Source of the DNA: Candidatus Flemingiibacterium sp.
GTDB taxonomy: Bacteria; Bacillota; Clostridia; Oscillospirales; CAG-272
Direction: 5' to 3'
Length of the DNA stretch: 64,000 nt
NCBI GenBank assembly: GCA_045579745.1
Contig: JAZNMQ010000070.1
Coordinates: 3,383 to 67,382 of the forward strand
The notes under the pieces are model-generated. The model saw only the letters and a list, made by a program, of their open reading frames with translations. It did not search any database and had not been told where the DNA came from. This document shows, in pieces, positions 10,345 through 20,317 of this stretch; position 1 is the first letter of the stretch; each line of letters starts with the position of its first letter. The position numbers were made by a program, and so were the translations under genes.

Positions 10345-11601
10345 ATGACATCAAGAGAAAGATTGCGTGCCGCACTCAATCACCAACAGCCCGATAAGGT
10401 TCCCGTAGACCTCGGCTCAACAAGCGTTACCGGTATGCATGTGCTTGCAGTAGCAAAGCTTCGTCAGGCTCTCGGACTTGAAGATATCCCCGTCCGTATC
10501 CACGAGGTGTTCCAACAGCTTGGATATATCGATAACGATCTGCAGGAGGCTATCGGCGGTGATGTTGTCGGCGTTACTGCATATACCGACTTTTTTGGCA
10601 ACCGTTTGGCTGATTTTAAGCCGTATCCCAATAGCTGGGGAATCAAAACCACTATCCCCGGTGGATTTATTTGGGAGGACCGTCCCGACGGAAGCCGCAT
10701 TACATATCCGCACGGTGACACATCAGCAAAGCCGACTGCTGAGATTTTGAAGGACGGATATTTCTACAACGTGCTTCGCCGCGGCTCTGCATCCTGTGAT
10801 GAAGAGCGTAATGGCCGCGAGGATTTTAAGGAGGATTTCCAGGTTCTCACCGACGAGCAGGCACGTCATTACGAAAAGACTGCCGACGAGCTTTATCGTA
10901 ATACCCAGTTCGGACTTATCGGACTTCTCGGCCCTGCAGGCTTTGGAGATGTTGCAATGGTTCCGGGCGGTCAGCTCAGCGCTCCTCAGGGCGTGCGCGA
11001 TATCGAAGAATGGATGATGGCGCACTATACTAATCCTGACTACATTCACGAGGTGTTTGAGTATCAGACTGAGGTTGCACTTGAAAATCTCGAAATTTAC
11101 CGCCAGGCTGTCGGTGACAAAATTGAGGTTATTTACATGGGCGGAACAGATTTCGGAACTCAGAACGCTCCGATGATCTCACTTGACTGCTACCGTGAAT
11201 TTTATAAGCCGTATTGGAAGCGTGTTAACGATTGGGTACACAAGAACACAAATTGGAAAACCTTCTATCATAGCTGCGGTGCTGTTGCAACATTTATTGA
11301 TGATTTTATCGATGCGGGTCTTGATGTTTTGAACCCCGTACAGTGCTCTGCTGTCGGAATGGACGCGCAGACACTCAAGGACAAATACGGCGACCGCATT
11401 GTATTCTGGGGCGGCGGTATCGATACTCAGAAGGTGCTCCCATACGGTACACCCGATGAGGTTCGCGAAATGGTCAAGGAACGCATAGACATCTTCTCAA
11501 AGAACGGCGGCTATGTTTTCAACACCATTCACAATGTTCAGGGAAATGTCCCGATTGAAAACATCGTATCAATGTATAAGGCGGTTAAGGATTTCAGATA
11601 A
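10345..11601 (+). CDS. uroporphyrinogen decarboxylase (URO-D/MtaA-like) family protein
   Basis: 418-aa ORF with GGAGG RBS. N-terminal MTSRERLRAALNHQQPDKVPVDLG and C-terminal HSCG...LNPVQ...GGYVFNTIHN blocks are typical of URO-D-fold methyltransferase/decarboxylase-like proteins. Confidence 0.75.
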   Translation: MTSRERLRAALNHQQPDKVPVDLGSTSVTGMHVLAVAKLRQALGLEDIPVRIHEVFQQLGYIDNDLQEAIGGDVVGVTAYTDFFGNRLADFKPYPNSWGIKTTIPGGFIWEDRPDGSRITYPHGDTSAKPTAEILKDGYFYNVLRRGSASCDEERNGREDFKEDFQVLTDEQARHYEKTADELYRNTQFGLIGLLGPAGFGDVAMVPGGQLSAPQGVRDIEEWMMAHYTNPDYIHEVFEYQTEVALENLEIYRQAVGDKIEVIYMGGTDFGTQNAPMISLDCYREFYKPYWKRVNDWVHKNTNWKTFYHSCGAVATFIDDFIDAGLDVLNPVQCSAVGMDAQTLKDKYGDRIVFWGGGIDTQKVLPYGTPDEVREMVKERIDIFSKNGGYVFNTIHNVQGNVPIENIVSMYKAVKDFR

Positions 11602-11672
11602 TCGCCTGCCAAAGCGACCCAAGCCCTTTCACGCTGAACGAAAAACGTTAAGCTAACGATCCGAATATTTAG

Positions 11673-11712
11673 CCATCCTCTGACAGATATACACTGTTTG
11701 AGGATGGTTTTT
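11673..11712 (+). terminator. rho-independent terminator
   Basis: ccatcctc (11673-11680) pairs with gaggatgg (11700-11707), followed by ttttt. Confidence 0.6.
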
Positions 11713-11774
11713 GTATCATTTGACTAATAATCACAGGATAAATCGGTACATGTTGCCAAAATGTAAATAGAATA

Positions 11775-11803
11775 TTGACAGATTGCGTCGAATGTGGTAT
11801 ATT
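11775..11803 (+). promoter_or_regulatory. sigma-A promoter with extended -10
   Basis: TTGACA (11775-11780), 17-nt spacer ending in TGg, TATATT (11798-11803). Confidence 0.6.
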
Positions 11804-11854
11804 AATAAGGTAGATATATTTCAAAATCTAATTATCTTTGGAGGTATTGGCAGT

Positions 11855-13246
11855 ATGAAACTTATTTATAACGTAAAAGATAAGCCGCCAATCGGTCAGC
11901 TTGTCGTATTCGCGATCCAGCAGCTTCTTGCTATTATGGCGGCAACTATAGCTGTTCCCGCTATCGTAGGCAACGGTATGACCGCTTCCGCAGCACTTTT
12001 CGGTGCAGGTGTCGGTACTATCGTTTACCAGCTCTTTACCAAGTTCAGAAGCCCTGTTTTCCTCGGTTCTTCCTTCACGTTTATCGGCCCTATGGTTGCA
12101 GCATTTGCCGGTGCACTGGGCAACACTCTTCTCGGATATCTTGGACTTATAATCGGTGCGATATTCGCAGGACTTGTTTATGTAATTATTGCAATTGTTG
12201 TTAAGTTCGCAAGCGTTAAGTGGATCAACAAGATCATGCCTGCTTCCGTTATCGGACCCACAGTTACACTTATCGGTCTTTCACTTGCGGGCGCAGCTAT
12301 AAATGACGTATTTTCTTACGGCCCCAAGGAAACTTACGGAACGTCAAGCTATTTCATAATGACCTCAAATATCTGGGTATCATTGATATGCGGATTGGTT
12401 ACACTTGCTGTTGTTATTCTGTGCTCTGTTTACGGCAAGAAGATGGCTAAGCTTATTCCATTCATCATCGGTATTCTTGCAGGATATGCTGTTGCTCTTA
12501 TCTTTACCGTTATCGGTATTGCTACAGACAATTCCTCCATTATGGTCATTGATTTTGCGCCCTTTAAGGCACTTGTTGCTGATGGTGTTACAATCAAGAC
12601 GTTCTTTGCACTTCCCGAATTCACTTTCATTAATGCTTTCAAGGGCATTGGCGATTTCAGCTGGAGCTACGTTGCCACAGTTGCAGTTGCATATATTCCC
12701 GTTGCATTCGTTGTATTTGCTGAGCATCTTGCAGACCACAAGAACCTCTCCTCCATTATTGAGCACGATCTTCTTGAAGAACCCGGTCTTCACAGAACTC
12801 TCCTTGGCGACGGTATCGGTTCTCTCGTTGGCGCAATCTTCGGCGGCTGCCCCAACACTACTTACGGCGAATCTGTAGGCTGTGTGGCTATCACCAAGAA
12901 CGCTTCCGTTGTTACCATAACAACTGCGGCTATCATGGCTATCGCAGTTTCTTTCATCTCTCCCTTCGTAGCATTCCTTGATTCCATTCCCGGATGCGTA
13001 ATGGGCGGTGTTTGTATCACCCTTTACGGCTTTATCGCAGTTTCGGGTCTTAAGATGATTCAGGAGGTAAATCTTGAAGACAACGCCAATCTCTTCACAG
13101 TAGCCGCAATCCTTATTCCCGGTATCGGCGGTATGTCAATGGCAATCGGCGGCGCGAGCAAGATTTACATCACATCCATCGCCTGCGCTCTTATCCTTGG
13201 CATCATTGTAAACCTTGTCGTAGCAAAGGGTAAGGAGAAAGAATAA
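11855..13246 (+). CDS. uracil/xanthine permease (NCS2 family)
   Basis: Polytopic membrane ORF. ATG 11855 is preceded by GGAGG, so the 24 codons at the listed ORF start 11783 are probably not translated. It sits immediately upstream of upp. Confidence 0.85.
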   Translation: MKLIYNVKDKPPIGQLVVFAIQQLLAIMAATIAVPAIVGNGMTASAALFGAGVGTIVYQLFTKFRSPVFLGSSFTFIGPMVAAFAGALGNTLLGYLGLIIGAIFAGLVYVIIAIVVKFASVKWINKIMPASVIGPTVTLIGLSLAGAAINDVFSYGPKETYGTSSYFIMTSNIWVSLICGLVTLAVVILCSVYGKKMAKLIPFIIGILAGYAVALIFTVIGIATDNSSIMVIDFAPFKALVADGVTIKTFFALPEFTFINAFKGIGDFSWSYVATVAVAYIPVAFVVFAEHLADHKNLSSIIEHDLLEEPGLHRTLLGDGIGSLVGAIFGGCPNTTYGESVGCVAITKNASVVTITTAAIMAIAVSFISPFVAFLDSIPGCVMGGVCITLYGFIAVSGLKMIQEVNLEDNANLFTVAAILIPGIGGMSMAIGGASKIYITSIACALILGIIVNLVVAKGKEKE

Positions 13247-13276
13247 TATAGGCTTTTAAAACGCAGGAGAAAACTA

Positions 13277-13906
13277 ATGAAAAACGTAACAATTTTCGAT
13301 CATCCTCTAATTCAGCATAAAACAACAATCATGCGAATGAAGTCAACCTCTAATAAGGAATTCCGCGAATCGGTCGAAGAGATCACAATGCTTATGTGCT
13401 ATGAAGCACTTCGCGACCTTCCTCTTGAGGATGTAGAGATCGAAACTCCGATAAAGAAATCCGTTCATAAAATGATCAAGGGAAAGAAGTTAGCGGTCGT
13501 TCCGATACTTCGTGCCGGTCTTGGAATGGTAAACGGACTTTTGAATCTCGTTCCGTCTGCAAAGGTTGGACACATCGGCATGTACCGTGATGAAGAAACG
13601 CTTCAGCCGCACGCATATTATTGCAAGCTTCCCGCAGATATTGAGGAGCGTCTGATCGTCGTAGTTGACCCAATGCTTGCGACAGGCGGTTCTGCTATCG
13701 ATGCTATTACACAGATTAAGGAGCGCGGCGGAAAGCATATAAAATTCCTCTGCTTAATTGCCGCACCTGTCGGAATTGATGCTCTGTCAAAGGCTCATCC
13801 TGATGTGCAGATTTACTGCGCGAATGTTGATGAATGCCTTAATGAAAACGGCTATATCGTACCTGGTCTTGGAGATGCAGGCGACAGAATTTTCGGAACA
13901 AAATAA
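13277..13906 (+). CDS. upp: uracil phosphoribosyltransferase
   Basis: 209-aa ORF with PRPP loop [13 protein letters not shown] and C-terminal [16 protein letters not shown]. Confidence 0.95.
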   Translation: MKNVTIFDHPLIQHKTTIMRMKSTSNKEFRESVEEITMLMCYEALRDLPLEDVEIETPIKKSVHKMIKGKKLAVVPILRAGLGMVNGLLNLVPSAKVGHIGMYRDEETLQPHAYYCKLPADIEERLIVVVDPMLATGGSAIDAITQIKERGGKHIKFLCLIAAPVGIDALSKAHPDVQIYCANVDECLNENGYIVPGLGDAGDRIFGTK

Positions 13907-13910
13907 AAAT

Positions 13911-13952
13911 ATGCCTACAGCAACAGATTTTTGCTGTAGGCATAAATTTTTT
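13911..13952 (+). terminator. rho-independent terminator after upp
   Basis: atgcctacagcaa (13911-13923) pairs with ttgctgtaggcat (13931-13943), followed by a T-run (13947-13952). Confidence 0.75.
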
Positions 13953-14049
13953 CAAATTAATTCCTCTAAAGGGTGACAAACGCATTTTTTTCTGATATAA
14001 TGTAGTTAATGTAATAATATGCTTGTACATTAGGTATGGAGGAGCAAGT

Positions 14050-15528
14050 ATGTATCAAAAGGATATCCACAAAATATGGCTTGCCACATCGGATGAGCGC
14101 GTATATCTCGAGCCGTCGATGGCAAATCGCCACGGACTTATCGCAGGCGCGACCGGAACCGGTAAGACGGTTACGCTCAAGGTTCTCGCGGAATCGTTTT
14201 CCGATATGGGAGTTCCGGTGTTCGTTGCCGACATAAAGGGCGACCTTTCGGGAATGTGCCAAAAGGGCTCGGAAAACAAACACATTCGCCGCAGTATTGA
14301 TACGATGGGAATTACGGGCTTTGACTATTGCACCTATCCCGTACAGTTTTGGGATGTTTACGGCAAGCAGGGGATTCCCGTGCGTACCTCGATTTCGGAA
14401 ATGGGCCCCGAGCTTTTGGCAAGACTGCTCGGACTTAATGAAACTCAGACGGGAATACTTCGCATAGTTTTCAGAGTTGCCGATGACAAGGAGCTGCTGC
14501 TGATTGACTTAAAGGACCTTCGCGCGATGGTTCGTTTCGTTGGAGATAACGCCAAGGAATATAAGATGACATACGGTAATATCTCGCCCCAATCGATAGG
14601 AGCTATTCAGCGCGCACTATTAGCGCTCGAGGACTCCGACGGAGAGCTGTTTTTCGGCGAGCCGACACTTGAGCTTGATGACTGGATGAGGTCTGCAGGC
14701 GACGGAAGAGGCTACATGAATATTCTCGAATGCTCGGCGCTTTTTAAACAGCCGCTGCTATACAGCACATTTCTTCTGTGGATGCTTTCGGAAATTTACG
14801 AAATGCTTCCGGAAGCGGGTGACCTCGAAAAGCCGAAATTCGCGTTTTTCTTTGACGAAGCGCATCTTCTTTTCAAGGATGCTCCTGCGGCTTTGATCGA
14901 GAAGATTGAGCAGGTCGTTCGTCTTATTCGCTCAAAGGGCGTCAGCGTGTGGTTTATTACTCAGAACCCGACGGATATTCCCGACAGTGTTCTCTCTCAA
15001 ATAGGAAACCGCGTTCAGCACGCGCTTCGTGCATACACTCCGAATGACCAAAAGGCGCTGAATGCGGCGGCAAAATCATTCAGAGCTAATCCGAAATTTG
15101 ACACGGCAGAGGCAATTCAGGCTCTCGCTGTCGGAGAAGCTCTCGTTTCTGTACTCGACGCAGATGGAATCCCGACTATTGTTGAAAGAGCAAATATTCT
15201 TCCGCCAAGGAGCAGTATGAACGCGGTTGATCCGATCATGCTTCAAAGCGTTATTCTCGCAAGCGAGCTTCGCGACAAATATGTTAAAGAGGATGACCGC
15301 GAATCAGCGTTTGAGCTTTTGACAGAGGAGCAGGAAAAGCAGGAAAAGGCTGCGGCTGAGGCTAAGGAAAAAGCGGAAAAGGAGAAAGAAAAAGCCGCAA
15401 AAGCCAAAGCAAAAACACGCAAAAAAACCACACTGATCGAACGTACCATCAATAGCACAGCACATTCCATAGGTCGTGAGATCGGCAAAAAAATTGTTCG
15501 CGGAATTTTCGACACATTCTTTAAATAA
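14050..15528 (+). CDS. HerA-like / DUF853 (YjgR-type) P-loop ATPase
   Basis: Walker A GATGTGKT and Walker B FFFDEAHLLF. The C-terminal tail is Lys/Glu/Ala-rich. ATG 14050 follows a GGAGG RBS. Confidence 0.75.
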   Translation: MYQKDIHKIWLATSDERVYLEPSMANRHGLIAGATGTGKTVTLKVLAESFSDMGVPVFVADIKGDLSGMCQKGSENKHIRRSIDTMGITGFDYCTYPVQFWDVYGKQGIPVRTSISEMGPELLARLLGLNETQTGILRIVFRVADDKELLLIDLKDLRAMVRFVGDNAKEYKMTYGNISPQSIGAIQRALLALEDSDGELFFGEPTLELDDWMRSAGDGRGYMNILECSALFKQPLLYSTFLLWMLSEIYEMLPEAGDLEKPKFAFFFDEAHLLFKDAPAALIEKIEQVVRLIRSKGVSVWFITQNPTDIPDSVLSQIGNRVQHALRAYTPNDQKALNAAAKSFRANPKFDTAEAIQALAVGEALVSVLDADGIPTIVERANILPPRSSMNAVDPIMLQSVILASELRDKYVKEDDRESAFELLTEEQEKQEKAAAEAKEKAEKEKEKAAKAKAKTRKKTTLIERTINSTAHSIGREIGKKIVRGIFDTFFK

Positions 15529-15559
15529 TCTGAAATCTTAATTTTAGGAGGTGTTTGTC

Positions 15560-16333
15560 ATGGCATTTTTACAGGTCCAATTTTTCAGTAAGGCATTGGT
15601 CGTAGCATCCACAGTCAATGTTATTCTTCCCGAGATTGATCAGGGGGTGGGAGTTACGGCTTCCAAGGAGGAGAAGCTTCCAAAGGTGCTCTATCTGCTC
15701 CACGGCTACAGCGATGACCATTCGATCTGGATGCGCCGTACAAGCGTTGAGCGGTATGCGGCTGAGCATAATTTAGCGGTCATAATGCCGGCTGTAAACC
15801 ACAGCTATTATTGCAATGAGCCGATGGGAGAGCGTTATTGGGATTACATAGCCGATGAGCTTCCGCAGACGATGCACAGATTCTTCAGACTTTCAAACGA
15901 CCCCAAGGATACCTTTGTTGCCGGACTTTCGATGGGCGGCTACGGTGCGATGAAATTGGCTCTGACCTATCCCGAACGCTTCAGTGCGGCAGGATGCTTC
16001 TCAGGCGCGCTTGATGCCGCTCCGATTGGTGAGGTTAACGAAAGGGTGAAGGAACGCAAAGAAAAGACCTTCGGCCCCATCGACAAAATAGCAGGCTCGG
16101 AAAACGATCTTTACTATTTAATGAAAAAGAATGAGGACGCTCCCTCAAAGCCTCGGCTTTATGTTTCGTGCGGAACGGGCGATTATTTGTACGACTCGTT
16201 TTTGAGATTTGTTCCCGAGGTAAGGGCACACGGATGGGATGTTTCCACATATGAAAAGCCCGATGAAACTCACAATTGGCGTTTTTGGGATGAGGAGATC
16301 GAAAAGTTTATTCCGTTCGCACTCAAAGGTTGA
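15560..16333 (+). CDS. alpha/beta-hydrolase esterase (esterase D / tributyrin-esterase-like)
   Basis: Nucleophile elbow GLSMGG and an LHGYSDDH block. AGGAGG RBS 9 nt upstream of ATG 15560. Confidence 0.75.
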   Translation: MAFLQVQFFSKALVVASTVNVILPEIDQGVGVTASKEEKLPKVLYLLHGYSDDHSIWMRRTSVERYAAEHNLAVIMPAVNHSYYCNEPMGERYWDYIADELPQTMHRFFRLSNDPKDTFVAGLSMGGYGAMKLALTYPERFSAAGCFSGALDAAPIGEVNERVKERKEKTFGPIDKIAGSENDLYYLMKKNEDAPSKPRLYVSCGTGDYLYDSFLRFVPEVRAHGWDVSTYEKPDETHNWRFWDEEIEKFIPFALKG

Positions 16334-16364
16334 AATTTGGCTAATCAATAGCAAAATCAGTCCA

Positions 16365-16393
16365 TTGACAAGGCGGATTTAATGTGATAATAT
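16365..16393 (+). promoter_or_regulatory. sigma-A type promoter
   Basis: TTGACA (16365-16370), 17-nt spacer, TAATAT (16388-16393). Confidence 0.5.
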
Positions 16394-16439
16394 TAGTTTG
16401 AGCAATATCAAAAATCTATTAATGAATAGGAGAAACGTT

Positions 16440-17777
16440 ATGATTAAGATTACATTTGTCGGTGCCGGAAGTACGGTTTTTGCCAAGAACGTTTTGGGAG
16501 ATGTAATGTGCACACCTTCCCTTTTGGACAGTGAGATTGCACTGTACGACATTGACGCAGAACGTCTTGAAGAATCATACATAATGCTCACAGCACTCAA
16601 TAATAATTTGAATAAGGGTGCGGCTACAATCAAGAAGTATCTCGGCGTTGAAGAGCGCAAGGAAGCTCTTGCAGGTGCAAGATTCGTTGTAAACGCTATT
16701 CAGGTCGGCGGATATGAGCCCTGCACGGTTACAGACTTTGAGGTTCCGAAAAAATACGGCCTTCGTCAGACAATCGGTGATACCCTCGGAATCGGCGGTA
16801 TTTTCCGCGCACTTCGTACTATCCCTGTGCTTGAGGGTATTGCAAAGGATATGGAGGAGGTTTGCCCTGACGCATGGTTCCTCAACTATACAAACCCGAT
16901 GGCAATGCTCGCCGGATATATGCAGAGATTCACTAAAATAAAGACTATCGGTCTTTGCCACAGCGTTCAGTCATGCGCACCCGGTATTCTCCGTGCACTT
17001 AAGATGGAGGAATATGTTGATAATCATACCGCGCTTATCGCAGGAATCAATCATATGGCATGGCTTCTCGATATTCGCGACTTAAACGGCAACGATTTGT
17101 ATCCCGAAATTCGCGATCGTGCATTCGCAAAGAATCTGAACGAAAAGCATGGAGATATGGTTCGCTATGAGTATATTCGCCGTCTTGGCTATTACTGCAC
17201 CGAATCTAGCGAGCATAATGCTGAATATAATCCTTTCTTCATTAAGTCGAAGTATCCCGAGCTTATTGACAAGTTCAATATTCCGCTTGACGAATATCCC
17301 CGCCGCTGCGTAAATCAGATCGCAGGCTGGAAGAATCAGAAAAAGGAGCTTGTCGAGGATAGCAGCAAGCTCACACATTACCGTACACATGAGTACGCTT
17401 CCTACATCATGGAGGCTATGGTCACCAACAAGCCCATTACTATCGGCGGAAACGTAATCAACAATGGACTTATCGACAATCTTCCTGCTGAAGCTTGCGT
17501 TGAGGTTCCGTGCCTTGTTAACGCTCAGGGCGTTCAGCCCTGCCATGTAGGCAAGCTTCCCACACAGCTTGCGGCAATGAATATGTCCAACATCAATGCT
17601 CAGCTTTTGACCATCGAGGCTGCTGTTACAAAATCAAAGGCGAAGATCTATCAGGCGGCAATGATGGAGCCTCATACTGCGGCAGAGCTTTCTATCGACG
17701 ATATCTGCGCATTGTGCGATGACCTCATTGCGGCTCACGGCGATTGGCTTCCCGAGTACATCAACGATGTAAGATAA
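16440..17777 (+). CDS. glycoside hydrolase family 4 (NAD/Mn-dependent alpha-galactosidase/alpha-glucosidase)
   Basis: N-terminal Rossmann MIKITFVGAGS, a GLCHS metal/catalytic block, and length typical of GH4. AGGAG RBS. Confidence 0.85.
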   Translation: MIKITFVGAGSTVFAKNVLGDVMCTPSLLDSEIALYDIDAERLEESYIMLTALNNNLNKGAATIKKYLGVEERKEALAGARFVVNAIQVGGYEPCTVTDFEVPKKYGLRQTIGDTLGIGGIFRALRTIPVLEGIAKDMEEVCPDAWFLNYTNPMAMLAGYMQRFTKIKTIGLCHSVQSCAPGILRALKMEEYVDNHTALIAGINHMAWLLDIRDLNGNDLYPEIRDRAFAKNLNEKHGDMVRYEYIRRLGYYCTESSEHNAEYNPFFIKSKYPELIDKFNIPLDEYPRRCVNQIAGWKNQKKELVEDSSKLTHYRTHEYASYIMEAMVTNKPITIGGNVINNGLIDNLPAEACVEVPCLVNAQGVQPCHVGKLPTQLAAMNMSNINAQLLTIEAAVTKSKAKIYQAAMMEPHTAAELSIDDICALCDDLIAAHGDWLPEYINDVR

Positions 17778-17795
17778 TTGTATAACAAATTATAT

Positions 17796-17833
17796 GGCGA
17801 GATGTGCATGTTTTTTGCACATCTCGCTTTTTT
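17796..17833 (+). terminator. rho-independent terminator
   Basis: ggcgagatgtgca (17796-17808) pairs with tgcacatctcgc (17816-17827), followed by tttttt. Confidence 0.8.
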
Positions 17834-17878
17834 GTATAATTTGCGGTTAATAAAAGTCGATTTTATTAACCAAACCAC

Positions 17879-17907
17879 TTGATTTGTTAATAAAAAAGCG
17901 ATATAAT
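17879..17907 (+). promoter_or_regulatory. sigma-A type promoter upstream of galU
   Basis: TTGATT (17879-17884), 17-nt spacer, TATAAT (17902-17907). Confidence 0.55.
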
Positions 17908-18006
17908 ATATAATGCATAGGTATTTTCTCTGCCGATTCTGTGATGTGATTCAGGATCAGACGGAATTATATATTATTTTAGATTAAATTAAGGAAAGAA
18001 TTGAAT

Positions 18007-18879
18007 ATGGCCAAGATAAAAAAAGCGGTCATTCCTGCCGCAGGGCTTGGAACACGCATGCTGCCGATATCAAAATCGGTTCCAAAGGAAATGCTTCCAA
18101 TCGTTGATAGACCTGCAATATCCTTCCTTGTTGAAGAAGCGGCGGCAGCGGGGGCTGAAGATATACTGATAATAACGGGCAGAGGTAAGGATGCTATCGA
18201 AAATTATTTCGATTATTCTGTCGAGTATGAGCAAAAGCTGAGCTCATCCGGCAAGACCGAGCTGATTGACCAAATGCGTCATATTTGCTCGCTTGCAAAT
18301 GTCTATTTTGTGCGTCAAAAGGAAACTCGCGGACTTGGTCACGCTGTTCTGACGGCAAAGAATTTTATCGGCAATGAGCCTTTCTACATCCTTTACGGTG
18401 ACGATGTTATTCTATCCGAAACTCCTGTTTGCGCTCAGCTTAACGAAGCGTACAACAAATACGGTAAGGCGTGCTGCGCTGTAAAGCCCGTTCCGTGGGA
18501 GCTTGTTTACAAATATTGCTCGCTTAAAGCCGAGGCTAATCCGGACAACACATACGCTATCTCTGATATGATAGAAAAGCCAAAGCCTGAGCAGGTTTAT
18601 TCTAACCTTTCAATCCTCGGACGAGTGCTGATGACGCCGGATGTTTTCGAAATTCTTGAGCGCACCGAGCCGGGCGCGGGCGGTGAGATTCAGCTCACTG
18701 ACGCAATGGCTGAAATGGCTCGAAACGTCGGAATGACGGCGGTCGATTTCGAGGGCGAAAGATTCGATTTCGGCTCTAAGCTCGGATTCTTGACTGCGAA
18801 TGTAAAAGAGGGGATCAAGCATCCCGAGATCGGCGAGGACTTCAAACGCTTTTTGATTGATTTTGTTAAGACACTTTAA
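18007..18879 (+). CDS. galU: UTP--glucose-1-phosphate uridylyltransferase
   Basis: KAVIPAAGLGTRMLP nucleotide-binding loop, VPKEMLP, and a GHAVL block. Confidence 0.9.
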   Translation: MAKIKKAVIPAAGLGTRMLPISKSVPKEMLPIVDRPAISFLVEEAAAAGAEDILIITGRGKDAIENYFDYSVEYEQKLSSSGKTELIDQMRHICSLANVYFVRQKETRGLGHAVLTAKNFIGNEPFYILYGDDVILSETPVCAQLNEAYNKYGKACCAVKPVPWELVYKYCSLKAEANPDNTYAISDMIEKPKPEQVYSNLSILGRVLMTPDVFEILERTEPGAGGEIQLTDAMAEMARNVGMTAVDFEGERFDFGSKLGFLTANVKEGIKHPEIGEDFKRFLIDFVKTL

Positions 18880-18894
18880 TAGGAGGAGCATTTT

Positions 18895-19383
18895 ATGCAG
18901 AGAGTATCAAAACATATCTACTATCTCGACATTGCACAAACTGTCGCAGAGAGAAGCACATGCCTCAGAAAAAAATACGGCGCGATAATAGTTAAAAACG
19001 ATACCATCATTTCGACGGGCTATAACGGTGCTCCGCGCGGCCGCAAGAATTGCACAGACCTCGGTGTTTGTATGAGAGATAAGCTGAATATACCCCGCGG
19101 CGAGAGATACGAGATGTGCCGTTCGGTGCATTCCGAGGCGAATGCAATAATTGCCGCTCCGAGAGATCAAATGCTCGGCTCGACGCTCTATATGGCAGGA
19201 ATCGATTCCAAGACGGGCGAGCTCGTCTGCGATGCATGCTCCTGCATGATGTGCAAGCGAATGATAATCAATGCCGGAATTGATAAGGTGGTTATCCGTA
19301 CCGGAAAGGACACCTTTAATACTATAGATGTTCAAAGCTGGATTGATGACGACGACAGCTTGTCAGGACAGTTCGGCTATTGA
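18895..19383 (+). CDS. dCMP (deoxycytidylate) deaminase
   Basis: Zinc motifs HSEANAI and C-x2-C (CSCMMCKRMI). 162 aa. Confidence 0.85.
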   Translation: MQRVSKHIYYLDIAQTVAERSTCLRKKYGAIIVKNDTIISTGYNGAPRGRKNCTDLGVCMRDKLNIPRGERYEMCRSVHSEANAIIAAPRDQMLGSTLYMAGIDSKTGELVCDACSCMMCKRMIINAGIDKVVIRTGKDTFNTIDVQSWIDDDDSLSGQFGY

Positions 19384-19880
19384 TTTGCGACACAATGACA
19401 CAGATAATGACATCACCCGTAGAGTCTATGCTTGATGGAATAATGCCTCGTCTTATTTGCTTTGTTTGTACGGGCAATACATGCAGAAGTCCGATGGCTG
19501 CTGCAGTATTCAACATGCTCGCTGAGAAAAACGATTTGCCGCTTCGCGCAATTTCGGCAGGGCTGTATGTTTCTGAGCTTTCAATTTCCGATAACGCGGT
19601 AAGAGCACTCGAGATTGCAGGAGTTGAATCTACTCCCACAAACAATTACCGCGAGCACATTGCATGTAATATTAACGAAGCTATCGTTAGTGAATGCGAG
19701 CGCATTATCGGAATATCGTCGGCGCATGCGATGGAGCTTATTTCACGCTTTCCAAGGCATGCAAATAAAATCAGCGCGATGCCATACGACATTTCTGACC
19801 CGTATGGAGGCGATATCGAACGGTATGGACGCTGTCTTGATGAGATAACAAAGGCGATCTCGGAGGAGTTTTTTAAATGA
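19380..19880 (+). CDS. low-molecular-weight protein phosphatase (LMW-PTP/arsenate-reductase fold)
   Basis: CX5R(S) P-loop CTGNTCRS and a DP motif (ISDPYGG). The start is uncertain; ATG 19443 (MPRLICFVCTGN) is the most family-typical. Confidence 0.75.
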   Translation: MICDTMTQIMTSPVESMLDGIMPRLICFVCTGNTCRSPMAAAVFNMLAEKNDLPLRAISAGLYVSELSISDNAVRALEIAGVESTPTNNYREHIACNINEAIVSECERIIGISSAHAMELISRFPRHANKISAMPYDISDPYGGDIERYGRCLDEITKAISEEFFK

Positions 19881-20317
19881 TCATCCGAAGTGCGTCCGAG
19901 GAAGATATAAAATCCTTGTGTGAGCTTGAAGCCGAATGCTTTTCCATGCCGTGGACGGAGAGCGGATTTAAGGATTTTTTCGCAAATGAGTACTCTCGCT
20001 GCTTCGTGGCAGAGGATGAGGGCAAGCTTTGCGGATATGTCGGAATGTATCTTATATCGGGAGAGGCTGAAATTACAAACCTCGCGGTATTTAACGCATT
20101 TCGCAGACGAGGTATCGGCGGATTGCTTATTGAAGCGGTATGCTCAGAATGCGGTGTTGAGAGGGTACTGCTTGATGTGCGCGAGTCTAATACAGCGGCG
20201 AGAAAATTATATGAAAAACATGGCTTTCAGATTGACGGAAAAAGGCGAGGCTTTTATTCAAAGCCACGCGAGGACGCCATACTGATGAGTCTTGATATAT
20301 CAAAAAGGATCAGATAA
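19877..20317 (+). CDS. rimI: ribosomal-protein-alanine N-acetyltransferase (GNAT)
   Basis: GNAT acetyl-CoA motif RRRGIGGLL. Overlapping stop/start codons with both neighbours, immediately upstream of tsaD. Confidence 0.8.
   Translation: MIIRSASEEDIKSLCELEAECFSMPWTESGFKDFFANEYSRCFVAEDEGKLCGYVGMYLISGEAEITNLAVFNAFRRRGIGGLLIEAVCSECGVERVLLDVRESNTAARKLYEKHGFQIDGKRRGFYSKPREDAILMSLDISKRIR

Noticed and set aside
11783-11854. N-terminal extensions of listed ORFs (also 14023, 15551, 16398, 25467, 34830, 39063, 45861, 53583, 53744, 54625 and 58518)
   Set aside because: In each case an internal ATG or GTG preceded by a GGAGG-like RBS coincides with the family-typical N-terminus. The upstream codons overlap promoters, terminators or leaders.
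14050-15528. HerA-like ATPase as part of an anti-phage defence system
   Set aside because: It is the YjgR/DUF853 type with a Lys-rich tail. It has no partner nuclease, Sir2 or DUF4297-type effector. Its neighbours are upp and an esterase.
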